Source: a virus
DNA: 64,000 bases
Virus record (IMG/VR): IMGVR_UViG_3300027770_000039
Span: 32,001-96,000 of that record
Direction: 5' to 3' (one strand)
Positions 22,018-31,151 of this stretch are shown one piece after another (the first letter of the stretch is position 1; each line of letters opens with the position of its first letter). A program made the translations under genes and the position numbers. The notes beneath the pieces are model-generated. The model was not told where the DNA came from and searched no databases. It saw only the letters and a list, made by a program, of their open reading frames with translations.

Positions 22018-22565
22018 TAAAATACTCCAAAATCTGGGTCGGCAAAGTCCATCTTTGTGGATTGCATGTAAAGCGCAGTAAATCTATTTCCTTTAGTTAT
22101 TTCTTTTACTCCGTGCAGATAATCATATTTATTTCCTGGGAAAAAAATAGCTGATAGGGATTTTGGTCTGTGCTCAAAATTTTGTTTAGGAAAATAGATT
22201 TCTCCACCTTCATAATCATCGTTTAAGTAAATTACAGTGCTGTATTCTATAAATGGTTCTTTTTCAATTGCATCAATATGAGGACTTCCACTTTGCCCTG
22301 GTTGCCACCATGATCCAAAAGCCTTGGTAACAATTACATTATCTTTTAAATTAAAAAATTCTTTTTGTATATGGTTTGCTCTTACTGAATATTTTTTAAG
22401 AATATCCATTACTCTATTATTGTATGGAAAAGCAGTTCCACCATTTCTATCTTTATAATACTCTGGGTACGGGTTTCTTTTTGAAGGAGATTGCATCTCT
22501 TCTATCAGGGCAAATGCATCTTGTTCTGATATAAAATCTTCTACAATTTTTATCATGCTGTTCAA
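22017..22565 (-). CDS. 2OG-Fe(II) oxygenase (prolyl-4-hydroxylase-like)
   Basis: HID...IYLNDDYEGG...HGV...GNRF. Confidence 0.9.
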   Translation of the reverse strand: MNSMIKIVEDFISEQDAFALIEEMQSPSKRNPYPEYYKDRNGGTAFPYNNRVMDILKKYSVRANHIQKEFFNLKDNVIVTKAFGSWWQPGQSGSPHIDAIEKEPFIEYSTVIYLNDDYEGGEIYFPKQNFEHRPKSLSAIFFPGNKYDYLHGVKEITKGNRFTALYMQSTKMDFADPDFGVF

Positions 22566-23383
22566 TTTATTACTCCTTTAAAGTTTAAATATCTTTCTCC
22601 GCCAACTTTGTCTGTTAATGAACCAGAAGGATCATACAAAACATCGTTTGTTGAAAATGGTAGACTTGATATTTCTAATCCAAACACCTGTTTAATGCTG
22701 GAACTCCATTTACTCACAAACTCATTATACCCGTGATATATAGAAAAAGGCAAATATTCGACCTTATCTAACTCAATTGTTTTATTTTTAAAAAAAGTTG
22801 TAGGAAGGGCAAAGATTTTTGTAAAATTAAAATATATAGCTAAATGTTCTCTTTCTCCATGATATTTTAAATAACCTGGCAATTTGTTATATAAAAAAGA
22901 CTTAGATTTTGTAAAAATAAAATCTTTATCTATATATTTTGTCAATGTGTCTTCAGAGATAGGCTCTTTTTTATATGAAACAATAAATGGGTTTTCTAAA
23001 TATGGTATAAGTCTGTGATTTCCAGAAATTATACAATCTTCATTGAGGCTGAGTAGTTCTATTTTTTGAACTAGATCTTCGTCCCAATTTTTATTTAGGC
23101 TTACCCCATCTCCAATTAGCAAAAAGTATTCTTTTTTGAAAAGTCTATACCCTTCTTGTTTATGCAAAATTGGGCTTTTAATGCTATCCCATTTTACATA
23201 TTTGTAATAAATTTTTACATTTGAATAGTTAGACTTTAAACTTTTTTTTCTATCAATATTGTTTTGATCAATTATATAAAAAAATAAATTGTTTAATCCA
23301 CTGGAATTTTCTATATTTTTTTCAACTAATTCTATTAAATCTTTATTTTGAAAAGAATACAAAACTATGCCAATATCTTTCAT
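22562..23383 (-). CDS. GT-A glycosyltransferase resembling the Skp1-hydroxyproline GlcNAc-transferase family (divergent)
   Basis: IGIVLYS...IIDQ...EYFLLI...NWDEDLV...FIFT...YHGE pattern; the canonical DSH motif is replaced by GDG. Confidence 0.55.
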   Translation of the reverse strand: MKDIGIVLYSFQNKDLIELVEKNIENSSGLNNLFFYIIDQNNIDRKKSLKSNYSNVKIYYKYVKWDSIKSPILHKQEGYRLFKKEYFLLIGDGVSLNKNWDEDLVQKIELLSLNEDCIISGNHRLIPYLENPFIVSYKKEPISEDTLTKYIDKDFIFTKSKSFLYNKLPGYLKYHGEREHLAIYFNFTKIFALPTTFFKNKTIELDKVEYLPFSIYHGYNEFVSKWSSSIKQVFGLEISSLPFSTNDVLYDPSGSLTDKVGGERYLNFKGVIN

Positions 23384-24060
23384 TCAAACAGATCCGTAAA
23401 AATACTATCTTCATTCATTGGTCCCTTTGGAACTAATATAATATCATAGGCAATTGTCATTCTTGGCTCATCCCCGTACCAGTCGTCTCTGCCATGTGGG
23501 TTGCCAGTTTCTGATAAAATAGCTCTATTGTTTTTATTAATATTTTCAAAAATATCTTTATTGTTGATTTTATAATAAGTAATCGAAGGTTCTGCTTTTA
23601 CGCAGTAGAATCCATGTAGCTGTGGAAATCCTGAACCGTCCATATGGTCGTGGAAAAACGAACTGTCTTTTCTTGGGTCTACCGAATGGACGTTGTTAAT
23701 TATTTTTTTATCTAAATTAAACCAACCATGGGTAATAAATTTTGACGAATTGTCGTTATAGCCATAGTACTCGCAAGCTTCTCTTGTCATGTCAGCAATA
23801 GCTTCTTTTAACTTTTTTATTTCTGGGTTGTCAAATTCCCAAATATTATACCTGTCACTATTTTTTGTAGCAATAGCATCCAGAATTCCTGGGTCTTGAG
23901 CTAGGGCTTTATTTAAGCCTTCTCCCATTTCTTTCCTTGCCTGTTCAACTAATTCATTATTTTTTTCTAACAAAAAACTATAAAGATTTTCTAAATTATT
24001 ATCTAAAGTTCTTTCAAAAAATTTATGATCTTTTTTTTCTTTCATAGAAGTGGTATCCAA
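23380..24060 (-). CDS. Putative 2OG-Fe(II)/DSBH oxygenase, paralog of 24042..24692
   Basis: GWFN...FHDH...HGFYCVKAEPS...PHG...RMTIAYD. Confidence 0.7.
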   Translation of the reverse strand: MDTTSMKEKKDHKFFERTLDNNLENLYSFLLEKNNELVEQARKEMGEGLNKALAQDPGILDAIATKNSDRYNIWEFDNPEIKKLKEAIADMTREACEYYGYNDNSSKFITHGWFNLDKKIINNVHSVDPRKDSSFFHDHMDGSGFPQLHGFYCVKAEPSITYYKINNKDIFENINKNNRAILSETGNPHGRDDWYGDEPRMTIAYDIILVPKGPMNEDSIFTDLFE

Positions 24061-24692
24061 TGCTGAGGACTTGCTTTTGCCTCAATGATAGAATTTAATG
24101 GCATAATATCATAAGCAATTGTAATTCTTGGTCCTTCCCAGTCCCAACTTCCCATAGCATGAGGGTGACCCATTTCTGAAACAATCATTCTGTTATCTAT
24201 ATTGTGATTTTCAGTTTCTTTTTCAAAAACTTTGTAATAAGTAATTGATGGTTCTGCTTTTACGCAATAAAATCCGTGAAAATAAGGAGCATAAGGACCT
24301 CCATGATCGTGCCAATCTAGTTTTCCAACTTCTGCATAATTTATGTTAAACCATCCTTGCACCATGTATTGCTGTTTATCAAAATCAATATCATAATAAG
24401 AACAAGCTTCTTTTATTACATCAGAAAGCTCTTTATACAGTTTGTAAATTCCTGGATGATAAAATTGAAAAACATTGTAGTCTCTCCATTTTATAGTAGA
24501 AACACTACCAGACTCTTTCCAATAGTCTGACTTGCCCACTTCTGTAATACCTTTAATGCTTAAATTTTCAATTTTAGAATATTGATCTTGTAAAAATAAA
24601 GACAAATCTTGTAAATCATTATCTAAAATCCTTTCAAAAAACTTGTGAGGTTTTCCGCTAGGTTTATTTTTTCCAGATAGGAAGTATTCCAT
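24042..24692 (-). CDS. Putative 2OG-Fe(II)/DSBH oxygenase
   Basis: GWFN...WHDH...HGFYCVKAEPS...HPHA...RITIAYD. Confidence 0.7.
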   Translation of the reverse strand: MEYFLSGKNKPSGKPHKFFERILDNDLQDLSLFLQDQYSKIENLSIKGITEVGKSDYWKESGSVSTIKWRDYNVFQFYHPGIYKLYKELSDVIKEACSYYDIDFDKQQYMVQGWFNINYAEVGKLDWHDHGGPYAPYFHGFYCVKAEPSITYYKVFEKETENHNIDNRMIVSEMGHPHAMGSWDWEGPRITIAYDIMPLNSIIEAKASPQHWIPLL

Positions 24693-25445
24693 TTATTTCT
24701 CTTTTCTTGTGTAGTTTTTTCTTTTCCATATAAAATCTTTATAATATGAATATATTGATATTCTTCTTTTTTCTTCTTTGATTTTTTTTACCACTATGTC
24801 TTCTTTGGAGTAATCCAATGACATTTCCCAGTTTTCTCTTTTAAATGGAAAAACTTGAAATATAGGCGTTCCTTTTTTAATAGTTCCCATAAAATTTCTT
24901 TTTAGAAAAAATGCTGTAAATACTGGTGCGTTCCATTCATCGGAGTCTATAACTCCAGAAAGAGTGGTAAATGGAAGATCATGTCTATTGTGTGGGTGTG
25001 TAATTAAAATAGAATACCCTGGTGGAGTTTCGCAATGCCAAGGAATTTTCCAGCCATAATGCATTGGATGGTGTTCATGTGGAACTGCAACTTCTATCAT
25101 GTTTCTTTTATCTACTAGCATAAAATTATTTGTATTTTTAATAGAAGGAAACCCATTTTTATCTAAACTTACCTCAATATCATCTTCTAGGCAAAACATA
25201 TAACCTGCTGTTAAGGAATCAAAAAATGGCATACATAATTTAGTAGAGCCAGCGCTACCGTCTGTTCCTCTATCATTTACTGGAAACAACCTTAGCAAAT
25301 CATTTGAGGTTTGAAATCTGGAAAGCTTTTTATACCACTCTGGCAAATTATTTATGGCAGGAGAGGGTGCGTCATAGTCTTTTGGTTCAAAATTAAGATT
25401 AACCTCTGCTGGGGTGAATTTAATTATTAAATTATTATCACTCAT
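24693..25445 (-). CDS. DUF6065-like protein
   Basis: PEWYKK...KLCMPFFDSLTAGY...TPPGYS...GVIDSD...GTPIFQVFPFKRENW. Confidence 0.6.
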   Translation of the reverse strand: MSDNNLIIKFTPAEVNLNFEPKDYDAPSPAINNLPEWYKKLSRFQTSNDLLRLFPVNDRGTDGSAGSTKLCMPFFDSLTAGYMFCLEDDIEVSLDKNGFPSIKNTNNFMLVDKRNMIEVAVPHEHHPMHYGWKIPWHCETPPGYSILITHPHNRHDLPFTTLSGVIDSDEWNAPVFTAFFLKRNFMGTIKKGTPIFQVFPFKRENWEMSLDYSKEDIVVKKIKEEKRRISIYSYYKDFIWKRKNYTRKEK

Positions 25446-26145
25446 TAATAATTTTTTTAATAACCTTTTCTGTAGCTTTTATAGAAATATAAAATAGTGG
25501 AGTATTTCTCTCTATTAACCTTATTTGTTTTTCATTAGATAAAAAACAAAAATCTATAAAAGTTGGTTCCTTTATTATATCATTATTATTAGTTTTTTCA
25601 AAGGTCCCACTAGTCTCAATAATGCATATTACTGGGTCTTTTTTAATATTTTTTATACTATACTCTGCATCGCAATCAACAATCCATGGTACATATATCT
25701 TAAAAATTCTGTCCGAAACTTGTTTAAAATTATTTTTATTTAACAAGTCTTTAAAGCTTTCAATAGACAAAAATGATGGATAAAACTGCCTAACCATAGA
25801 TTTTTCAGATGCATAAAATATACTAGAAACCTGTTTATTGCTTGTTGGATGTCCTTGCCAAAGAATATCTGAATAATTCTTGTATATTAGATTTATCTCA
25901 TTTTTAGAAACTATCTCTATTTCTGGTTTGATTCCAAAATTATCTACATATAAATTTATTGGTTTTAAAACATTATTTTTATATTTTTTTAAAACTTGAT
26001 CCCAGGTTGCCCAATCATAAAAAACGTTGCATTCTTTTAAAATATCTTTAAAACTCATTGAAGACATCTCTAGCCAAGAATTAGATTCAAATGGTGCCCT
26101 TAATATGGGAAACGTTTTATTTATCGAAATATCTTTTTTGACCAC
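25438..26145 (-). CDS. Hypothetical protein, possibly a degenerate DUF6065-like member
   Basis: FKIYVPW and IERNTPLFYI echo the neighbouring paralogs; translationally coupled to them. Confidence 0.45.
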   Translation of the reverse strand: MVKKDISINKTFPILRAPFESNSWLEMSSMSFKDILKECNVFYDWATWDQVLKKYKNNVLKPINLYVDNFGIKPEIEIVSKNEINLIYKNYSDILWQGHPTSNKQVSSIFYASEKSMVRQFYPSFLSIESFKDLLNKNNFKQVSDRIFKIYVPWIVDCDAEYSIKNIKKDPVICIIETSGTFEKTNNNDIIKEPTFIDFCFLSNEKQIRLIERNTPLFYISIKATEKVIKKIINE

Positions 26146-26852
26146 ATTTTTTTCCTATAACCATTTCTAAAAACTGATCTAACCGAAAGTTGCTGGGCTC
26201 TAATTTGTGTATCAGAATCTTTTTCTTTATTAAGCGAGCTTTCCCAATCATCTCTCTTAAAAGGAATAATTTGAATAATTGGAGTGCCTTGTTCAATTAC
26301 TCCTTTAAATCCTTTTTCTACAAAAAAAGACAAATAACCATCAGAAGCGTATTTATCTGTGTCTATCAACCCTGGGATAGCTTGTAGAGGGCTTTTTTCT
26401 CCGTGCATTGGGTTTATAAACAAACAACTATACCCTGGCTCTGTTCTGGCAACCCACATTGGATGTATTCTTATAACTTGCTTATGAAAATTATTAGGAA
26501 TAGGGTATTCTTTTATTTGTTCAGATAAATGATGAGCTAATAAAAATTTTTGAAACTCTCTTGTATCATTTGGAATATCAATTTTTAAAATATCTCCTGT
26601 AGCATCTATGCTTAAATCCATAGGGCAAAGTAAGTAATATCCAAAAGTCATAGAATCAAAAACAGCTTGACATTTTTTTACTGTTAAAAGCATATTTCCG
26701 CTATGAACAGATGTATCATCATTTAAATAGCTTTTTTGTTTTTTCCACCACTCTGGAAGCAATGAAGATACCGATTGAGGATTTGGGAATATTTTTTCAA
26801 GTCCTCTATACTTTGGAAGAAATTCAATCTTTATCAAACTAATGGAATCCAT
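26121..26852 (-). CDS. DUF6065-like protein, paralog of 24693..25445
   Basis: PEWWKK...TVKKC...MTFGY...TEPGYS...GLIDTD...GTPIIQIIPFKRDDW. Confidence 0.6.
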   Translation of the reverse strand: MDSISLIKIEFLPKYRGLEKIFPNPQSVSSLLPEWWKKQKSYLNDDTSVHSGNMLLTVKKCQAVFDSMTFGYYLLCPMDLSIDATGDILKIDIPNDTREFQKFLLAHHLSEQIKEYPIPNNFHKQVIRIHPMWVARTEPGYSCLFINPMHGEKSPLQAIPGLIDTDKYASDGYLSFFVEKGFKGVIEQGTPIIQIIPFKRDDWESSLNKEKDSDTQIRAQQLSVRSVFRNGYRKKMWSKKIFR

Positions 26853-27394
26853 TTCTGATAGTATTGTCTGTGCAAATTTTGTAATGTAGATACAGAAAAA
26901 TATAAAAACATACTATCTTTATTTATTGTATCACAAAAATCTATTATATCTCCTTTATCAAATAGAATTAAGGTACCTTCTGGCGTATCTATTTCTTTTT
27001 CATTAATTATCATTTTATTGTTATTGCTTTTAATTACATATATCCCAGAAAAATTTAACCTTGTTCTATCTGGAGTTGTCACCAAAAAATTGTTGACAGA
27101 TTGATCTAGTAAATTTCCTAATAAATAGTAATAATTATTTTCAAAGTTTATTTTGTTTTTTTTGCACTCTTCTTTAATAATTTTAGATATTTCTAAATAT
27201 AATTTGTATATTTCTTTATGGTACATTCCAAAAAAATTAAAAGTTTTATAATCAATTAAAGAAATTTTTTTTGTTTTAATTTTTGTTCTGACTCCCCATT
27301 TTGCAGAACCTACTTCTTCATACATTGAGTCAATCATATCTTTATATTGTTTATATAAGAATTCGTTTCTAATGTTTTCTAGTTTTGTTATCAT
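26834..27394 (-). CDS. Degenerate paralog of the 24042..24692 oxygenase, lacking metal ligands
   Basis: Shares FNFF.MYHK.IYKLY.E.S.IIKE.C and the C-terminal KWIPL with 24042..24692, but has no HxH or distal His. Confidence 0.55.
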   Translation of the reverse strand: MITKLENIRNEFLYKQYKDMIDSMYEEVGSAKWGVRTKIKTKKISLIDYKTFNFFGMYHKEIYKLYLEISKIIKEECKKNKINFENNYYYLLGNLLDQSVNNFLVTTPDRTRLNFSGIYVIKSNNNKMIINEKEIDTPEGTLILFDKGDIIDFCDTINKDSMFLYFSVSTLQNLHRQYYQKWIPLV

Positions 27395-27399
27395 AATTT

Positions 27400-28041
27400 T
27401 TATTTCTCTAAAATTTCATTTGGGTTTTTTTCGTAAGGTCTGAGAGAATGCCAAGTTGCTGGTAAAATAGGATCTTTAAAGTGCTCTAAGTCTGGCTCTG
27501 TAATAATTTCTTTTGATTCTCCCAAAATTATATTTTCATTTTTTTTATTTTTTGATCTTTTAAACCTTAAAGCTAATATTAATTTAGCTGATTGTTTATG
27601 CATAGCAGATCCAGTTTTGCTTGCAGAAACACCTTGTCTAACTCTAACATTATACTTTGCCCACCAAACAGTATATCCCAATATGGCCAATGAAATATTT
27701 ATTTTTTTTCTTCTATAATAAGGCTGGCAGTAAACTCTATTTATCACAGCATCTTTACATTTTTTTATATTATCATTTTGTATGTTTGAAATGTCTATCC
27801 ATGAAGTAGGATATTCGTTATTTATAAAATTAGAAAATATTAATGTTCCAGAAGGATTTTTATCATTAAGGTAAAGGCATTCTATGCCTTTGTTTCCATT
27901 TACGTCTTGCATTAAAGTCCATTGAATCCAAGAACCTTTTATATACTTAGGGTATTTTCTAAATATTGGAAAAATAAAACCTTTTGTTGATTTTGCACCA
28001 ACAAATCCCATATTGTAAATATGCTTAACTAAATTAAGCAT
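27400..28041 (-). CDS. GNAT-like acyltransferase (weak)
   Basis: INRVYCQPYYRRKKI resembles GNAT motif A. Start re-called at 28041, just after the Hint gene stop. Confidence 0.45.
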   Translation of the reverse strand: MLNLVKHIYNMGFVGAKSTKGFIFPIFRKYPKYIKGSWIQWTLMQDVNGNKGIECLYLNDKNPSGTLIFSNFINNEYPTSWIDISNIQNDNIKKCKDAVINRVYCQPYYRRKKINISLAILGYTVWWAKYNVRVRQGVSASKTGSAMHKQSAKLILALRFKRSKNKKNENIILGESKEIITEPDLEHFKDPILPATWHSLRPYEKNPNEILEK

Positions 28042-28046
28042 GCTTA

Positions 28047-29363
28047 TTAGGCAGGGGTTGTAGGGTCGGTGTCTCCTGCTGTAGAGTCTTTCCATTGCTG
28101 GTAAAGTACCTCTAGAGATTCAGAAACGCTTTGGTTTGGCTCAGTAATAACGTTAGGTGATGTTATGTCTAGTCTAACTGAGTCGTGGACTAAAGAGTTG
28201 TCTGTAAAGAATACGTCATAAGGCTCTGTGTTAATAGTAATAACTAACTCTGGTCCCTCTGAAACTCTTAGCTCAATAATTGGCTGCCAATCATTGAATG
28301 TTGGAGAGTAGATTAAATCTGTTTCTACAATTTCATTAGCTGAAATAAATCTTGCTATTCCATCTCTTTTGGTTAGAACCCAGTGTGTATTTGTATATTT
28401 ATTTCCGTTAATTACATAAGTGGTCATTGCAATGTTTGCTGAAATAGACACCACTGTTGTTTCAATATCAGTATTAATTTGTGGGGCAGCAGATGACCAA
28501 GATTCAATAATTTCTTCTAGTCCTACTCCGTCCATTGGCAAATCATCAATTGCTGCTGAGTACAGAATATCTCCTGCAGAAACGTTGTGAGCTAACACAA
28601 GACCTTCAGGAACCTTTGAATGAATTAATGTATCTGCTCCAATTGATTTTCCTGGTGTAAAGCCGAACGGGGTGAAGCCGAACGGGGTGAAGCCGAACGG
28701 GGTGAAGCCGAACGGGGTAAAGCCGAACGGTGCAAAGCTGAATGGGGTTGTAGTAATATTTCCTGAATAATTAGACCATGCTCCATTTCCATTAGCATTT
28801 CTAGCCCGCACTCTAAAGTTCCAAACAAAGTCATTGTTTTGGCTTGCAAAATCTACGCTGTTTGTTCCAACTGCTACGGTCTTATTGTCGTCTCCGCCTC
28901 CACCATTATCTTCTAAATAATAATCAATAATTGCTGATCCACCGTCTGCTGGTGTTGACCAGGAAGCTCTATTGTTTTGTGCTCCATTGTTTGCTGCTGA
29001 CGGAGTTGAAATTGTATCAGGCACTGTTGTTGCAGTAATGCTATTAGACGCAGCAGATGCTGGCGAGTTTCCAACTGCATTTGTTGCTATAACTGTAAAT
29101 GTGTATGCTGTATTTGATTGTAGACCAGTTACAGACAGGGGAGATGATGCTCCTGACGCAGTGTATGATCCTGGAGAGGATGTTACTGTGTATGATGTGG
29201 CTGCAGGTGAGTCTTCTGGTAAAGAAAACGTTACATCAGCACGTCCATTATTGAATGCACGACCTGAACCTACATCTGTTGCGGCTACTGACGTTGGTGC
29301 TTTTGGCTCCAAAAAGTCATTTGATGCCTGTGCCTTTTTACCGAATTTCTTACCTGCTGCCAT
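28047..29363 (-). CDS. Fibronectin type III x2 + (FGFTP)5 repeat + Hint (intein-like) domain protein
   Basis: FN3 motifs (VTGLQSNTAYTFTVIATNAVG; WNFRVRARNANG). Hint blocks: SIGADTLI (A), TNTH (B), INTEPYDVFFTDNSLVHDS (F/G). Confidence 0.85.
   Translation of the reverse strand: MAAGKKFGKKAQASNDFLEPKAPTSVAATDVGSGRAFNNGRADVTFSLPEDSPAATSYTVTSSPGSYTASGASSPLSVTGLQSNTAYTFTVIATNAVGNSPASAASNSITATTVPDTISTPSAANNGAQNNRASWSTPADGGSAIIDYYLEDNGGGGDDNKTVAVGTNSVDFASQNNDFVWNFRVRARNANGNGAWSNYSGNITTTPFSFAPFGFTPFGFTPFGFTPFGFTPFGFTPGKSIGADTLIHSKVPEGLVLAHNVSAGDILYSAAIDDLPMDGVGLEEIIESWSSAAPQINTDIETTVVSISANIAMTTYVINGNKYTNTHWVLTKRDGIARFISANEIVETDLIYSPTFNDWQPIIELRVSEGPELVITINTEPYDVFFTDNSLVHDSVRLDITSPNVITEPNQSVSESLEVLYQQWKDSTAGDTDPTTPA
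28654..28748 (-). repeat. In-frame 15-bp tandem repeat encoding FSFAP(FGFTP)5
   Basis: Units of GGGGTGAAGCCGAAC with only synonymous variation among the FGFTP copies. Confidence 0.95.
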
Positions 29364-29395
29364 TTTGAATCTCCTTTTTCCTATTTAAATTTCTA

Positions 29396-31099
29396 TTACG
29401 CCATCAAGTCGCCGTAGACAACCCATGTATTTGCTGCTCTCTTAAAGAGAGTTGCAGATGACCAGGTTGTACGAAGTTTCAAACCAGGTGTTGCGTTAAC
29501 AGTTACTCCACCAGCACCTGCAATTGTAACCTGACCAGTTGATGTCTGAAGGATATCAATAGAGGTTCCGACTGGGAAGTTTAGTGTTGCATCTGTTGGA
29601 ATTGTAAGTGTTAGTGCTGAAGATGATCCCATTTCAATTAAGTCATCTCTTTCAGTTAATGCTGAAAGTGTATAAGATGCTGTCTTCTGAATGATTGGTG
29701 TCCGTGATGGTACACCTTCCATTGTTTGTGTTCCGTCTGTAAATGCTACACCTGAAGCAGAGGCTGTAATTAATCCTGTTGCTGTAATTGCTGGTGCTGT
29801 TACTGTACCAGTAAATGTTGGTGAAGCAATTGGTGACTTTGTAGCAATTGAGTTTGTAATTGTTGTTGAGAATGATGCGTCATTTCCAAGAGCAGTTGCT
29901 AACTCATTAAGAGTATCAAGTACTGCAGGTGCTGATGCTACAAGGTTTGAAACTGCTGTTCCTACGAATGCTGTAGTTGCAACCTGTGTAGTTGATGTTC
30001 CTGCTGTTGCAGTTGGGGCAGTTGGTACACCAGTAAGTGCTGGTGAAGCAAGTGGTGCCTTTAGATCAAGTGCTGTCTGCGCTGCAGTTGAAACTGGCTT
30101 TGCTGTGTCTGCAGTATTATCAACATTTCCAAGACCAACCATTGACTTTGTAATACCAGAAACTGTTCCAGTGAAAGTTGGTGAGGCAAGGTCAGCCTTA
30201 AGTGCCAATCCTGAGTTAACAGTTGCAGTTAATGCTAATGCTGATGTGTCTGAAATACCGTGTACGCTTGTTGTATCTGCGGTGTGGGTATCTAAATTTG
30301 TTGCTGCTGTGGTAGCGGCAGCTGTAATTGCTGCTGCTCTAGCAGTTGCTTCTGCTGTAATTGCTGCGCCTCTAGCAGTTGCTTCTGCTGCGACTGCACC
30401 AGTAACATAAGTTTGATTTGCTAATACTGATGTGTCTGCAATTCCGTGTACAGATGTAGTATCATTGTTGTGAGCAGTAATTTCAGTATTGACATAGTTC
30501 ATTGTTGCCAATGCTGTCATGTCTGCTACTCCGTGAACGTTTGTGCTAACCTGACCGTGTGTTGCAATTCCTGCGACTGTCTGTGTTTGAATATCGTCTA
30601 CATATTTCTTAGTTGATGCATCATAATCTAATGTAGGTGTTGCAAGACCTGTGATTTTGCTATTACCCATTGCAATAGCGCCAGTCATTGTTCCGCCAGA
30701 TTTTGGTAATCTAGTATTTATGCTAGTATTCATTGTAGTTACAAAATTTGCGTCATCATTGATGGCTGCTGCTAACTCGTTAAGAGTATCTAGTACTCCA
30801 GGAGCTGCGTCAATTACATTTCCTAATTGATTAATCGGCACCTGTCCTTGTGCATCTAGTGATGCTACTCCGTTGGCAACGCCTCTATCGGCTACCTCAA
30901 GATAGTCTCCAAGTGTATTTGTTAAATCTGAAGGAACAACGTTTGCATAAGCTAGGGATGTCCAAGCAGTAGAACCTGTTCCAATTTTAGTTTTTCTAGT
31001 ATCTGACTCTACGCCCATTTCTCCTGCGGCTAGAGTTGGATTTGCTGAAGTCCATTGTGCTGCGGTACCTCTGCGAATTTGAATTCTTACTGTTGACAT
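29396..31099 (-). CDS. Tail fibre protein (Mtd-N/hyaluronidase-N-like N-terminus)
   Basis: IQIRRGTAAQWTSANPTLAAGEMGVESDT at the N-terminus; LDTLNELA and APLASPALTG fibre motifs; ends NTWVVYGDL. Confidence 0.8.
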   Translation of the reverse strand: MSTVRIQIRRGTAAQWTSANPTLAAGEMGVESDTRKTKIGTGSTAWTSLAYANVVPSDLTNTLGDYLEVADRGVANGVASLDAQGQVPINQLGNVIDAAPGVLDTLNELAAAINDDANFVTTMNTSINTRLPKSGGTMTGAIAMGNSKITGLATPTLDYDASTKKYVDDIQTQTVAGIATHGQVSTNVHGVADMTALATMNYVNTEITAHNNDTTSVHGIADTSVLANQTYVTGAVAAEATARGAAITAEATARAAAITAAATTAATNLDTHTADTTSVHGISDTSALALTATVNSGLALKADLASPTFTGTVSGITKSMVGLGNVDNTADTAKPVSTAAQTALDLKAPLASPALTGVPTAPTATAGTSTTQVATTAFVGTAVSNLVASAPAVLDTLNELATALGNDASFSTTITNSIATKSPIASPTFTGTVTAPAITATGLITASASGVAFTDGTQTMEGVPSRTPIIQKTASYTLSALTERDDLIEMGSSSALTLTIPTDATLNFPVGTSIDILQTSTGQVTIAGAGGVTVNATPGLKLRTTWSSATLFKRAANTWVVYGDLMA

Positions 31100-31151
31100 T
31101 TTATTCCCCTTTTACTGCTTTAGTTATGATATATTATATCATTTTTTTTTG

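Noticed and set aside
28654-28748. Short tandem repeat as a CRISPR array
   Set aside because: The units are contiguous 15-mers with no spacers, in frame within a CDS, and no cas genes are present.
28625-28849. Alternative-frame ORF with SASPR repeats
   Set aside because: It is a by-product of the 15-bp repeat inside the FN3-Hint gene, with no RBS or independent support.
29396-31099. Diversity-generating retroelement suggested by the Mtd-like N-terminus
   Set aside because: No reverse transcriptase and no TR/VR pair with adenine-specific mismatches were seen in the window.
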